Shown here: piece by piece, positions 47,346 to 56,672 of the stretch
Position numbering within the stretch: the first letter of the stretch is position 1
Layout: the number at the start of each line of letters is the position of its first letter
Assembly: GCA_025451235.1 (NCBI GenBank)
Contig: JANWKT010000020.1
Location: 48,032 to 112,031 of the forward strand
Direction of reading: 5' to 3'
Length of the DNA: 64,000 nt
Origin: Flavobacteriales bacterium
GTDB taxonomy: Bacteria; Bacteroidota; Bacteroidia; CAIKAF01
Notes under the pieces: model-generated
Databases searched by the model: none
Seen by the model: the letters and a program-made list of their open reading frames with translations, nothing else
Told to the model about the DNA's origin: nothing
Position numbers and translations under genes: made by a program

Positions 47346-49207
47346 ACAAACTATTTACCATCGCGTTATTTGCCATCACCATCACTACGACGGCCCAGGC
47401 TCCTCATAAACTACATTTTGCAGTTGCACCAGCAGGTTCGGCTAGTTTCAATGCGGTAGATGAAGGCCCCTGGTATGTAAATATCGAAAACCACGAGGCA
47501 GGGCAACAACTGAATAGCCAGGAAAAAATACGGATGGGTGAACTAAAAGCAAATACCAATTATCTCTTTCCGCATAAAAACTCAATGGAAATAAAAGCAG
47601 ATCGTGCTTTACCTGATCCGGTGATCAACAATTCCTTTATTGCCAATGCGGCTTCAGGAAGTGTGCCTATGGATAATTATATGGCCAATTCGGATAGCGG
47701 ATATATCACCTCGGTATCCAACACCCTTATACAGGTATACAGAGAAAATGGGGTACTCGTAAAATCCAGGACCTTACAGAGTTTTGCAACTTCATTGGGA
47801 TTGAATGGAATTAATAACGGCAAGTTCGATCCTAAAGTGATCTACGACCCGCAGGCGGATAGATTCATCGCTGTTATACTGAATGGTTTCAATTCTACGT
47901 ATAGCAAGATCATTGTGGCCTTCTCTCAAACCAACAGGCCCGATAGTACCTGGAATTTCTATACGCTTTCAGGAAACCCTTTAAGTGATACCACCTGGTT
48001 TGATTACCCGGCTGTTTCAATTACTGATGACGAATTATTCATTACCGGTAATCAATTAAAAGAAGGACAATCGTGGTTACTTGGGTTCAAGCAATCGATC
48101 ATCTGGCAAATTGATAAAGAGGATGGTTATAATGGAGATACATTGGATATGGACCTATGGTACAATATCAATTCAGGAGGTCGACCGATCAGGAATCTTC
48201 ATCCGGTAAAAGGCGGAGAAGACATTTATGGTCCTAAACAATATTTTTTGAGTAATAGAAATATATCCACATTAAATGATACGATTTTTGTTCTTAACAT
48301 TAATGATACCATTGGCGCACCAGGCACTCAGCTAAATGTAGATGTCCTCCAGGCGGATATCCCCTATGGCTTTCCTCCGAATGCATATCAGAAAGTAGCC
48401 GGTCAATACCTCGCTACCAATGACGGGAGGGTACTAGGTGGGTTTTACGAAGAAGGAAGGATCTACTTTGCCTCTAACTCTGTTGATACCTCCAATGGAC
48501 GTGCTGGAATATTCTTTGGGGAGATCACCGGAGTGGATACCGCCAACTATAATATCACCGGAACCATGATCTCGAATGATACCTTGGATTTCGGCTATCC
48601 TAACCTGTCATGGTGCGGTTCTTATGGAACACAAAGTAACCTCTATCTATCCTTTCTGCATTCAGGTCCCAACAGGTTCCCGGGTATATCCACTGTTTTG
48701 TATTCCAACAATGAATGGTCGAACCTAAAAACAGTAAGAGAGGGAACGGCCAATCTGCTGGCATTATCCGATTCGGTGGAAAGATGGGGAGATTATTTTG
48801 GGTCGCAACCTAAATACAATAATGATGGAGTGGTTTGGATCTGTGGCACCTTCGGCAATACAGGGAATGCCTATCGGGCATTCATTGCAGAATTATATAA
48901 TCCAATGGGAATTGAAATAGGAATAGAAGAAGAGAAACCAGCTTCCGCCAACACAAATAATAAAATATATCCAAATCCGGCGATGGATCTCACTAATGTT
49001 GAAATTGAATTGTTGCAGGATCGAAATGTAGAAATTTCCCTATATGATATCAACGGAAAAATGATCGCTATCCTTTATAAAGGGAAATTATATGCAGGAG
49101 TGAACAAAGTTCAATTCAATATCGGTCATTTATCAAATGGTAGTTATATATTGCATGCAATATCGGGGAACGAATCTATTTTAAGAAAGACCATTGTTAA
49201 AAACTGA
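47342..49207 (+). CDS. Secreted hypothetical protein with T9SS type-A CTD
   Basis: Signal peptide. C-terminal KIYPNPAMDLTNVEIELLQ…ISLYDINGKMI…GSYILHAISGNESILRKTIVKN. Confidence 0.7.
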   Translation: MNKLFTIALFAITITTTAQAPHKLHFAVAPAGSASFNAVDEGPWYVNIENHEAGQQLNSQEKIRMGELKANTNYLFPHKNSMEIKADRALPDPVINNSFIANAASGSVPMDNYMANSDSGYITSVSNTLIQVYRENGVLVKSRTLQSFATSLGLNGINNGKFDPKVIYDPQADRFIAVILNGFNSTYSKIIVAFSQTNRPDSTWNFYTLSGNPLSDTTWFDYPAVSITDDELFITGNQLKEGQSWLLGFKQSIIWQIDKEDGYNGDTLDMDLWYNINSGGRPIRNLHPVKGGEDIYGPKQYFLSNRNISTLNDTIFVLNINDTIGAPGTQLNVDVLQADIPYGFPPNAYQKVAGQYLATNDGRVLGGFYEEGRIYFASNSVDTSNGRAGIFFGEITGVDTANYNITGTMISNDTLDFGYPNLSWCGSYGTQSNLYLSFLHSGPNRFPGISTVLYSNNEWSNLKTVREGTANLLALSDSVERWGDYFGSQPKYNNDGVVWICGTFGNTGNAYRAFIAELYNPMGIEIGIEEEKPASANTNNKIYPNPAMDLTNVEIELLQDRNVEISLYDINGKMIAILYKGKLYAGVNKVQFNIGHLSNGSYILHAISGNESILRKTIVKN

Positions 49208-49222
49208 ACCGGCAAATAGTTA

Positions 49223-50719
49223 ATGAATCCTTACCTCATCTTAGGCTTTATTGCCTTATACTTTCTTGTTTTATTAACCATCTCCTATTTTACGAGTAGA
49301 AATGCCGATAACGACAGCTTTTTTATTGGAAATAGAAAATCTCACTGGTTTTTAATTGCCTTAGGATTAATTGGAGATTCTCTTTCCGGAGTCACCTTTA
49401 TTTCGGTTCCCGGCAAAGTGGTATATGATCAATTTTCTTATTTACAATTGGTTTTCGGTTATCTGGTAGGATATTGGGTGATCGGTTATGTATTGTTACC
49501 TGTATATTATAAATTAAAACTCACTTCCATATACTCTTACTTGTTAGGCCGTTTTGGTGTATTTTCTCAAAAAACAGGCTCTTTCTTTTTTATTCTCTCC
49601 AGGCTATTAGGTGCCGGTGGCCGTTTATATCTGGCCGTAGGGACCATTCAGATCTTTGTATTCGACCGGTTAGGTATCAATTTTTATTTTACCGTGGCCA
49701 TTATGATCTTGTTAATGGTTGCTTATACCTACCGGGGGGGGATAAAAACCCTGGTATGGACGGATAGTTTTCAGAGCATTCTGTTGTTAGGTGGGTTAAT
49801 ATTTTCCATCGTTGCCATTGGATCTCAATTGCATTTGGGGTTGGGGGGCATGGTGAGTAAGGTAATTGAATCCGATCATTCACGGGTTTTCTTCTGGGAT
49901 TTTAAAGAAAAAAATTATTTCTGGAAACAATTCATCGGTGGGGCATTCATCGCTATTGCAATGACTGGACTTGATCAAAACATGATGCAAAAAAACCTAA
50001 GTTGCCCCAACTTAAAGGATGCTCAAAAAAATATCATGAGCTTTAGTTTTGTGATGGTATTGGTTAACCTCTTGTTCATCTCCTTAGGAGCATTGCTTTT
50101 TGTATATGCTGCCGAATTAAATATCCAACTTGACCTGAATACAAAAAATAAGATCATTACTGATAGAGTCTTCCCTACCCTGGCCTTAGGTCATCTAGGC
50201 ACTATTGCGGGGTTAGCGTTTATTGTAGGATTAACCGCAGCCACCTTTAGTAGTGCCGACAGTGTTTTAACCACCTTGGCCACTTCGTTTTGCATTGATT
50301 TTTTAGGATTCGAAAAGGAAGGGAAATACAATGAAAAAGATAAGATGACCACCCGTAAAATGGTGCATGTGCTTTTTGCTGTTTTTCTTTTTATTATCAT
50401 AGGATTGTTTAAACTCATGAATAAACAGGCCATCATCGACACCATTTTAATGGTGGCCGGTTATACCTATGGTCCCTTGCTGGGTTTATTTGCATTCGGG
50501 ATCTTTACCAAAATAAAAACCATCGACTGGATGGTTCCAGTGGTTTGTATTATTTCACCTATCCTCTGTTATATCATTGACTTCAACAGCCAGGCATGGT
50601 TCGGAGGTTATAAATTCGGATTTGAATTACTCCTGTTAAATGGATGCATTACCTTCTTATTTCTTTTTGTCCTTAGTTGGATGAGAAAAAAAGATCCCCT
50701 TCAGAGGAAACTTACTTAA
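49223..50719 (+). CDS. Sodium:solute symporter family transporter
   Basis: About 13 TM helices. N-terminal region (…FFIGNRKSHWFLIALGLIGDSLSGVTFISVPG) is SSF-like. Confidence 0.8.
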   Translation: MNPYLILGFIALYFLVLLTISYFTSRNADNDSFFIGNRKSHWFLIALGLIGDSLSGVTFISVPGKVVYDQFSYLQLVFGYLVGYWVIGYVLLPVYYKLKLTSIYSYLLGRFGVFSQKTGSFFFILSRLLGAGGRLYLAVGTIQIFVFDRLGINFYFTVAIMILLMVAYTYRGGIKTLVWTDSFQSILLLGGLIFSIVAIGSQLHLGLGGMVSKVIESDHSRVFFWDFKEKNYFWKQFIGGAFIAIAMTGLDQNMMQKNLSCPNLKDAQKNIMSFSFVMVLVNLLFISLGALLFVYAAELNIQLDLNTKNKIITDRVFPTLALGHLGTIAGLAFIVGLTAATFSSADSVLTTLATSFCIDFLGFEKEGKYNEKDKMTTRKMVHVLFAVFLFIIIGLFKLMNKQAIIDTILMVAGYTYGPLLGLFAFGIFTKIKTIDWMVPVVCIISPILCYIIDFNSQAWFGGYKFGFELLLLNGCITFLFLFVLSWMRKKDPLQRKLT

Positions 50720-51422
50720 TATAAAAATCTTTCGAAATAGTTTTATACCAATCACTCCTGCTTTTATCGGAATGATATAAATATTGAGTTTCTTCCACCA
50801 GTTTTTGTTCTTTCATCGAAAAGATCCCCAATTCCCTGATGATCTCACCCTGTTTGTGACTCGAAAGGTGACAAACCTGGTTCAAATAAATATTCCTGGT
50901 GTTTAAAATTTTTACCACTCGTGCAAATTCAGTGGTTGGCAGGATGATCCCTAACTTCCCCTCGCTTGATAAATGCACTGGAAGAAAGTCAGCCAAAGTC
51001 TCTGCATTAAAATGGGTTGAATGCCGGGCCAATGATTTTCTTTCATCCAGGTTTTTAAGACTATTAGTAAAATAAGGAGGATTGGTGATAACAAGATCGA
51101 ATTTTTCTGTTGGGTGATGGACACTCCAGTTCATCAGATCATCATTAACTAATATGAGTTCTTCCTTCCATCTACTTAGCGTAAAATTATTAGCACAATC
51201 CTCGGCGGATGCCTGGTCGATTTCAATGGCAACTACCTTCCCAGGTTCAAACCGCTGAGCCAGTATTAAGCTCAAAATGCCAGTTCCAGCCCCCAGGTCC
51301 AATACCTTTTTATAACTCTTGCCCGGCAACCAGCAACCCAGTACTACCGAGTCAGTACCTAGCTTAAATGCGGCTTTCCCCTGGTATAGGGTAAATTGTT
51401 TGAACTCAAATGGAGCTGACAT
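50712..51422 (-). CDS. tRNA1(Val) (adenine37-N6)-methyltransferase (YfiC/TrmN6-like)
   Basis: FEFKQFTLYQGKAAFKLGTDSVVLGCW matches the YfiC N-terminus. NPPY (DLVITNPPYF) N6-adenine methyltransferase motif. Confidence 0.8.
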   Translation of the reverse strand: MSAPFEFKQFTLYQGKAAFKLGTDSVVLGCWLPGKSYKKVLDLGAGTGILSLILAQRFEPGKVVAIEIDQASAEDCANNFTLSRWKEELILVNDDLMNWSVHHPTEKFDLVITNPPYFTNSLKNLDERKSLARHSTHFNAETLADFLPVHLSSEGKLGIILPTTEFARVVKILNTRNIYLNQVCHLSSHKQGEIIRELGIFSMKEQKLVEETQYLYHSDKSRSDWYKTISKDFYIK

Positions 51423-51483
51423 GCATAAAGGTATTTCCTTTTTTCAAAAAATTTCTTCATTTTGCGTTAAATATGATAGCTAT

Positions 51484-52617
51484 ATGGCTGATATTGTAGT
51501 AAAAAAGGTGACGGATACCCCGGAAATGAAGAAATTCATCCGGGTTCCCTGGAGGATCTATAAGGACGACAAAGTTTGGGTGGCACCTATTAAATCACAG
51601 TACAAAAAAATATTCGATAAAAAGAAAAACCCTTTCTTTTTACATGGAGATGCTGACTTTTTTATTGCAGAAAAAAACGGCGAAACCGTTGGTAGAATTG
51701 CCGCTATCACTAATAAACTGCATACCGAAACCTGGAAAGACAAAGTGGGTTTTTTTGGATTTTTTGAATGTATCAATGACCAGGAGGTAGCAAATGCCTT
51801 GTTGAACGCTGCGGCACAGCACTTAAAATCACTTGGATTTGTGCAAATGAGAGGACCTGCAAGTCCCTCCAGTAACGAAGACTATGGAGTATTGATCGAT
51901 AATTTTACAGATCAACATGTACTGCTTTCGGTTTACAATGCCTCTTATTATCACCAGCTATACCAAAAATATGGTTTAGAAGGTATTAAAAAACTATATG
52001 CTATTAAATTCCCTGGTCTGCTGATTCGGGAAAAGAGCGGTGAAAGGCTCACTAAATTGCGAAAAGCAGTGATGGAAAGAACAGGTATTTCTTTTGAAAG
52101 CCTGAACATGAAAAAATTTAAAGAAGCAGTTACTACCTTTAAGGGGTTGTTTAACGAGGCATGGACTACTGAGAACAACCATGGATGGGTTCCACTAACA
52201 GATGCGGAATTTGAGGCTATTACAGGTGATCTGAAGCAAATTACAGATCCTGACCTGGTGATGTTGGCCAAGGTAGGCGACCGGGTGGTAGGTGGAGTTA
52301 TTTGCTTGCCGGATTACAACGAAATTTTCAGGAAATGGAAAGGAAATATTTTCCCGTTTCATTGGATTGACTTATTTACCAAAAAAAGGAAGATCCAATG
52401 CTTACGCATTGTTATTTTAGGTGTTCTACCCGAATATCAGAAAAAAGGATTAGATGCCATTATGTATTATGAGATCCTTGAAAGAGGACTTGCCAAGGGC
52501 ATGAGTTGGGCCGAAGCATCCTATATTGTAGAAGACAATATGCCCATGTTCAAACCTCTTATGAATATCGGCGGTGAGATCTACAAGACCTATATGGTCA
52601 TGGAGAAAAATATTTAA
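51484..52617 (+). CDS. GNAT-fold acyltransferase-like protein
   Basis: C-terminal GNAT motif-A-like …LGVLPEYQKKGLDAIMYYEI… Start set at MADIVVKK to avoid overlapping trmN6. Confidence 0.45.
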   Translation: MADIVVKKVTDTPEMKKFIRVPWRIYKDDKVWVAPIKSQYKKIFDKKKNPFFLHGDADFFIAEKNGETVGRIAAITNKLHTETWKDKVGFFGFFECINDQEVANALLNAAAQHLKSLGFVQMRGPASPSSNEDYGVLIDNFTDQHVLLSVYNASYYHQLYQKYGLEGIKKLYAIKFPGLLIREKSGERLTKLRKAVMERTGISFESLNMKKFKEAVTTFKGLFNEAWTTENNHGWVPLTDAEFEAITGDLKQITDPDLVMLAKVGDRVVGGVICLPDYNEIFRKWKGNIFPFHWIDLFTKKRKIQCLRIVILGVLPEYQKKGLDAIMYYEILERGLAKGMSWAEASYIVEDNMPMFKPLMNIGGEIYKTYMVMEKNI

Positions 52618-52647
52618 GACGAACTTAACATCCCAGGTAGCAACCGC

Positions 52648-52680
52648 AAAAAAAAGACGGATAAAAATCCGTCTCTTCAT
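52648..52680. terminator. Bidirectional terminator agacgga-taaaaa-tccgtct with A8/T tracts
   Basis: Read directly. Nearly identical to the hairpin at 54460-54490. Confidence 0.6.
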
Positions 52681-52700
52681 TTATATTTTCATTCTTGCCA

Positions 52701-54431
52701 TTAATTCTTGAACACCGTAAAGAATCCTTTAAATGGTTCGTTTACTTTATCATCCACCACATAAAAATATACCCCGTCAACCACATCGGGTTTCCAGTCG
52801 TTTTTATATGACTTTTCATAATGTAACAAAGTTCCCCAGCGGTTATAGAACCAGACTTCATTTTCTGGATATTGCTCTATATTCTGTATGAAGAATATAT
52901 CATTCAATCCATCATCGTTGGCCGTGATCACATTAGGGATAATAATTGGACATTGAATCACAATCGTGACGGGCGTACTTGTTCCTGCCTTTTCACAATC
53001 ATCTTCAATATTTACATAATATACCGTGGTGGTACCCATAGTGGCGTTCGAAGTAGCCGTAGTATCACCTGTGGGATACCATGTATAATGATAGTTCCCA
53101 AACCCACCTGTTACAATCGGATTGAGTAATGGGGGAATTCCTCCAGGGCATAAGGTGGTGTCACCATCCATAATAGCAACTATTGGAATATAATCTTGTA
53201 TATACAGTTTACGGAAAAGAGTAATAAGACCCGTATCACATGGATTGGTAAAGCTCATGGACAAGATCAGGGTATCTGTTCCTTCATCTAATCCATCGGC
53301 ATTTGCTGTAATAATAATACTGTCGGCAAAAACACCCTGGGGTATGATCAATGTATTCACAATGGGATCATAATCGGATCCTTCAATTGCATTTCCACCT
53401 TTTATAATAAAAATGGTATCGGCAGAGCTGGTATCCTGGCGTGAAAAAATAAATACTCCTTGCTCACATCCTTCGGTAAAAACACTGTCAGGTGTAAATA
53501 TTCCACCTTCGATCGTACCACTGCTAAATTGTAATGTTGGAGTTGGAGGGCAATTGGTGACGTTAAACTGAAAATCGCGGGTATGGGTACCAATCAATAC
53601 TCCATTTCTATATTCATCACAACAAATACCTACTACAAACTGACCCAACTGGGTTGGAGTAAGCGTTAATATTCCGGTTACCGGATCAATAGCCAATGGA
53701 GGCGCCCCTGAAATGGGATCCAACGCGGTAAATGGTGGAATAAAAGTAATGGGGTTAAAGGGTGGTGCTGAGGTAATCTGAGGTTGTGAATTGAATGCAT
53801 CTGCACCAATATAGGGAGAGCAAATATAATATACCAATGAATCACCATCGGGGTCAGTGGCAGAATGATCAAAAACCAAGGGTTGATTAATACATAATGC
53901 TATAGGGGGAAAGTTCGTATACCTGGGACTGTTGTTACAAGAATCTTGAACAGGAACTGTTTCGTAATAGGTGGTTCCAGTATTCCCGGGATCCAAAATA
54001 TTGATGATCGAATTGTTTCTACAACATCTCTGATAAGCAAAAATATACCCTGTTGGTGAGACGGGCAGTGTTACAACGGTTTGATAAATGGCTTCCTCCA
54101 CACAAACACCGCTGGGGGCTATAAAGCAAGGATCGGTAGAAACGATCGGTAATACAATAGCTCCCGGAAATGGAATGGCCACCGTATCAATAAATAAGGG
54201 GCTGCCTGATCCATCCCAGATGCTTATATAGGCAGGATTATCATATGCGGCAGTTCCGGGATTACAATCGCGGTAAACTTTTAAGGTCAAACGATAGGTG
54301 TTGGGGCCTATGCAATCATAAATCAATTCACCTCCAATGATATGGGTCGCATTAGTACGAATCACCGATGAACTGAATAGCAACATGAAAAGGGCTATAC
54401 CAAGGAACCTTAATCGTTGAAGTTTTGCCAT
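52701..54431 (-). CDS. T9SS type-B sorting-domain (CHU_C/SprB-type CTD) protein with a Cys-rich N-terminal domain
   Basis: C-terminal IIPNVITANDDGLNDIFFIQNI…NRWGTLL… is the 'gliding motility-associated C-terminal domain'. The N-terminal …THIIGGELIYDC…YRDC…CC… domain is typical of this cargo class. Confidence 0.8.
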   Translation of the reverse strand: MAKLQRLRFLGIALFMLLFSSSVIRTNATHIIGGELIYDCIGPNTYRLTLKVYRDCNPGTAAYDNPAYISIWDGSGSPLFIDTVAIPFPGAIVLPIVSTDPCFIAPSGVCVEEAIYQTVVTLPVSPTGYIFAYQRCCRNNSIINILDPGNTGTTYYETVPVQDSCNNSPRYTNFPPIALCINQPLVFDHSATDPDGDSLVYYICSPYIGADAFNSQPQITSAPPFNPITFIPPFTALDPISGAPPLAIDPVTGILTLTPTQLGQFVVGICCDEYRNGVLIGTHTRDFQFNVTNCPPTPTLQFSSGTIEGGIFTPDSVFTEGCEQGVFIFSRQDTSSADTIFIIKGGNAIEGSDYDPIVNTLIIPQGVFADSIIITANADGLDEGTDTLILSMSFTNPCDTGLITLFRKLYIQDYIPIVAIMDGDTTLCPGGIPPLLNPIVTGGFGNYHYTWYPTGDTTATSNATMGTTTVYYVNIEDDCEKAGTSTPVTIVIQCPIIIPNVITANDDGLNDIFFIQNIEQYPENEVWFYNRWGTLLHYEKSYKNDWKPDVVDGVYFYVVDDKVNEPFKGFFTVFKN

Positions 54432-54459
54432 TTTTTTATTTGTTATATTTTGTAAATAT

Positions 54460-54490
54460 AAAAAAAGACGGACAAAAATCCGCCTCTTTT
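54460..54490 (-). terminator. Intrinsic terminator agacgga-caaaaa-tccgcct (one mismatch) with a T6 tract on the minus strand
   Basis: Read directly. A duplicated copy of the 52648-52680 terminator. Confidence 0.55.
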
Positions 54491-54512
54491 ATATAGATAT
54501 TCATTCTTGCAA

Positions 54513-56213
54513 TCACGGATTTTTAAATATCATGAAGAAATCTTTAAATGGATCATTCACTTTATCGTCAACCACATAGTAATAAACTCCATCCGATAAA
54601 TGAGGGGTCCAGTCGTTCTTATAGGACTTGGCATAGTGCAGCAAGGTCCCCCATCGATTAAAGAACCACACCTCGTTCTCAGGATATTGATCAATATTCT
54701 GAATGATAAATGTATCGTTCAGTCCATCTTCATTGGCTGTAATAACATTGGGTATCACTATTGGACATTGGATCACGATTGTTACAGGCATGCTAGCAAT
54801 GGTTTTACCACAATCATCTTCAATATTTACATAATATACCGTGGTTTCACCCATAAATGCATTAATCGTGGCGGTTGTATCCCCTGTGGGGTACCATAAA
54901 TAATGGTAATTACCGAATCCCCCCGTGACGACGGGGTTCAATAAAGGAGGAGGCCCACCCCCCGGACAGAGCGTAGTATCCCCATCCATGAATGCACTCA
55001 TTGGAGTATAATCCTCCAGGTATAATGTTTTAAATATAGTATCTGTTCCGCATGGATTATCAAAGGTGATATAAATGGTTACGGTTTCTGTTCCCTCACC
55101 ATTCACTCCATCATCAAATGCAGAAATGATGATGCTATCCCTGAATTCTCCTTGTCCGATCACAATAAAATCAGGCACATCGGTATAGTCGGTTCCCTCG
55201 GTCGCCGAACCTCCGGTAAAGAAGAAAATTGTATCTACTGCATTGGAATCAGGTCGGGTGAAAAAATAAATGGCCTGCTGGCAACCCTCTACGAAAACTG
55301 AATCCGTAGTAATACTATCACCGTCAATCGTTCCTCCAGAAATTTGCAGGGCACTGGATTGAAAACTACCCGCCTCCAACATAACGCCTGAATCAAAAGC
55401 TGCATCACCTGCATCCGCCACTGCTATCTTCAAATGGTAGGTCTGATTACATTGTACTACAGCCATCGCTGTAAGTCTTACCGTAAACCCATCATACTGG
55501 CAATTGTTAAAACCAGGTTCAGCCACATTATCGTTATTTACATAATAAACGTTGTCTCCATTATCCCAATTGGGGTTGGCCGTTTCACAAGTAGCAGGTG
55601 TACCAAAAGCTCCGGAAACACCCAGGTTAATAGTATTAATAGCCACAGGAGTAGATGTTCCAGGGATGAGAGCTATATTTTCTGCTCCTAAGGAAAAAGG
55701 GCCACTAAAACCTGGACCACTGATAAAAAAGCCAAATACATCGTTAAATCCTGAACAAGTATATTCGTTATACTCTTCGGAACAGAATACATAATTGAAT
55801 CGGATAGTGTCACCTGCTGGCACGAAGTCAAACTCCAATACGGCTTTGTTAAAGGTAGTATTACTGCATAAAGTGTTCAAATCGCCATCAGAACCAGCAT
55901 CTGCTGTGGGTGGTAGGCTAAAACTTCCTGAATTATTTGGTCCTAGCGCTTCATTAATATCCCCCGTTGCCAGGATCATACCGTTGCCAATACCTATGCT
56001 TCCATTTCCCTGTGTAAAAGTACCAATCTGGTTATTGAGAGAGGATCCTGGATTTCCGTTAAAAGTAATATTAGAAATAACCACCCCTTGGCCTGCCAAT
56101 ACGTTCTGTACAATCTGGGTTGGAGTTAAAGCCCCGCTTACTGCGATGGGTTGAGCCCATAGGGTGATTCCTCCGGTTATTACAAAGAGTAGAAGTAAAT
56201 AAATTTTCTTCAT
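54513..56213 (-). CDS. Choice-of-anchor-L domain + T9SS type-B sorting-domain protein
   Basis: N-terminal …FDFVPAGDTIRFNYVF.SEEY.EY…FNDVFGFFISGPG…YHLKIAVADAGDAAFDSGVMLEAGSF matches the choice-of-anchor-L pattern. The C-terminal 190 aa are ~80% identical to the 52701 gene. Confidence 0.8.
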   Translation of the reverse strand: MKKIYLLLLFVITGGITLWAQPIAVSGALTPTQIVQNVLAGQGVVISNITFNGNPGSSLNNQIGTFTQGNGSIGIGNGMILATGDINEALGPNNSGSFSLPPTADAGSDGDLNTLCSNTTFNKAVLEFDFVPAGDTIRFNYVFCSEEYNEYTCSGFNDVFGFFISGPGFSGPFSLGAENIALIPGTSTPVAINTINLGVSGAFGTPATCETANPNWDNGDNVYYVNNDNVAEPGFNNCQYDGFTVRLTAMAVVQCNQTYHLKIAVADAGDAAFDSGVMLEAGSFQSSALQISGGTIDGDSITTDSVFVEGCQQAIYFFTRPDSNAVDTIFFFTGGSATEGTDYTDVPDFIVIGQGEFRDSIIISAFDDGVNGEGTETVTIYITFDNPCGTDTIFKTLYLEDYTPMSAFMDGDTTLCPGGGPPPLLNPVVTGGFGNYHYLWYPTGDTTATINAFMGETTVYYVNIEDDCGKTIASMPVTIVIQCPIVIPNVITANEDGLNDTFIIQNIDQYPENEVWFFNRWGTLLHYAKSYKNDWTPHLSDGVYYYVVDDKVNDPFKDFFMIFKNP

Positions 56214-56225
56214 GGTGGTAGCCTT

Positions 56226-56591
56226 TTATTTAATGATGAGTTTTTTAGCCAAAAGGGTTGCATTGCCTTTCCAGATATATAAGGTATAATATTTCTCGGT
56301 AAAAAGGCTCAGAGGTATGATTAGATGCTTATCATCCACCACTTCGATGGATTTGGTGTCAATTTCTGTGCTTTTTGACGAAATAATGCTGATTTTCCTT
56401 GATTTAACAGGAATATCGGCAGGAACAATATTCTTTATATAAACATATTTGCCGATGGCCTTCGAAAATTCAACCGGTTTGTTAGGGTCACTTACCAAGT
56501 AAATAGTATCATTCACAACCTGACCGATTTGGGAAAAACCCACCGACAGAGCTCCTACACTCAATAAACAGGTCAGAAAAATCCTCTTCAT
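56226..56591 (-). CDS. Mini-protein: signal peptide plus a T9SS type-A-like CTD only
   Basis: MKRIFLTCLLSVGALSVGFSQ then ~100 aa ending …KYYTLYIWKGNATLLAKKLIIK, which resembles the CTD endings of the other cargo genes in this window. Confidence 0.4.
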   Translation of the reverse strand: MKRIFLTCLLSVGALSVGFSQIGQVVNDTIYLVSDPNKPVEFSKAIGKYVYIKNIVPADIPVKSRKISIISSKSTEIDTKSIEVVDDKHLIIPLSLFTEKYYTLYIWKGNATLLAKKLIIK

Positions 56592-56672
56592 TCGTAAATT
56601 TAATGATAAAGTCAAGTATAAAAATACGAAAAATTTTAAACTTTGCCAGAATTTAAGGTAGATTTATGCACC

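Noticed and set aside
51319-51483. N-terminal extension of the GNAT-like ORF, overlapping 104 bp of trmN6 on the opposite strand
   Set aside because: The internal ATG at 51484 (MADIVVKK…) gives a non-overlapping gene with a sensible N-terminus. The extension is probably not translated.
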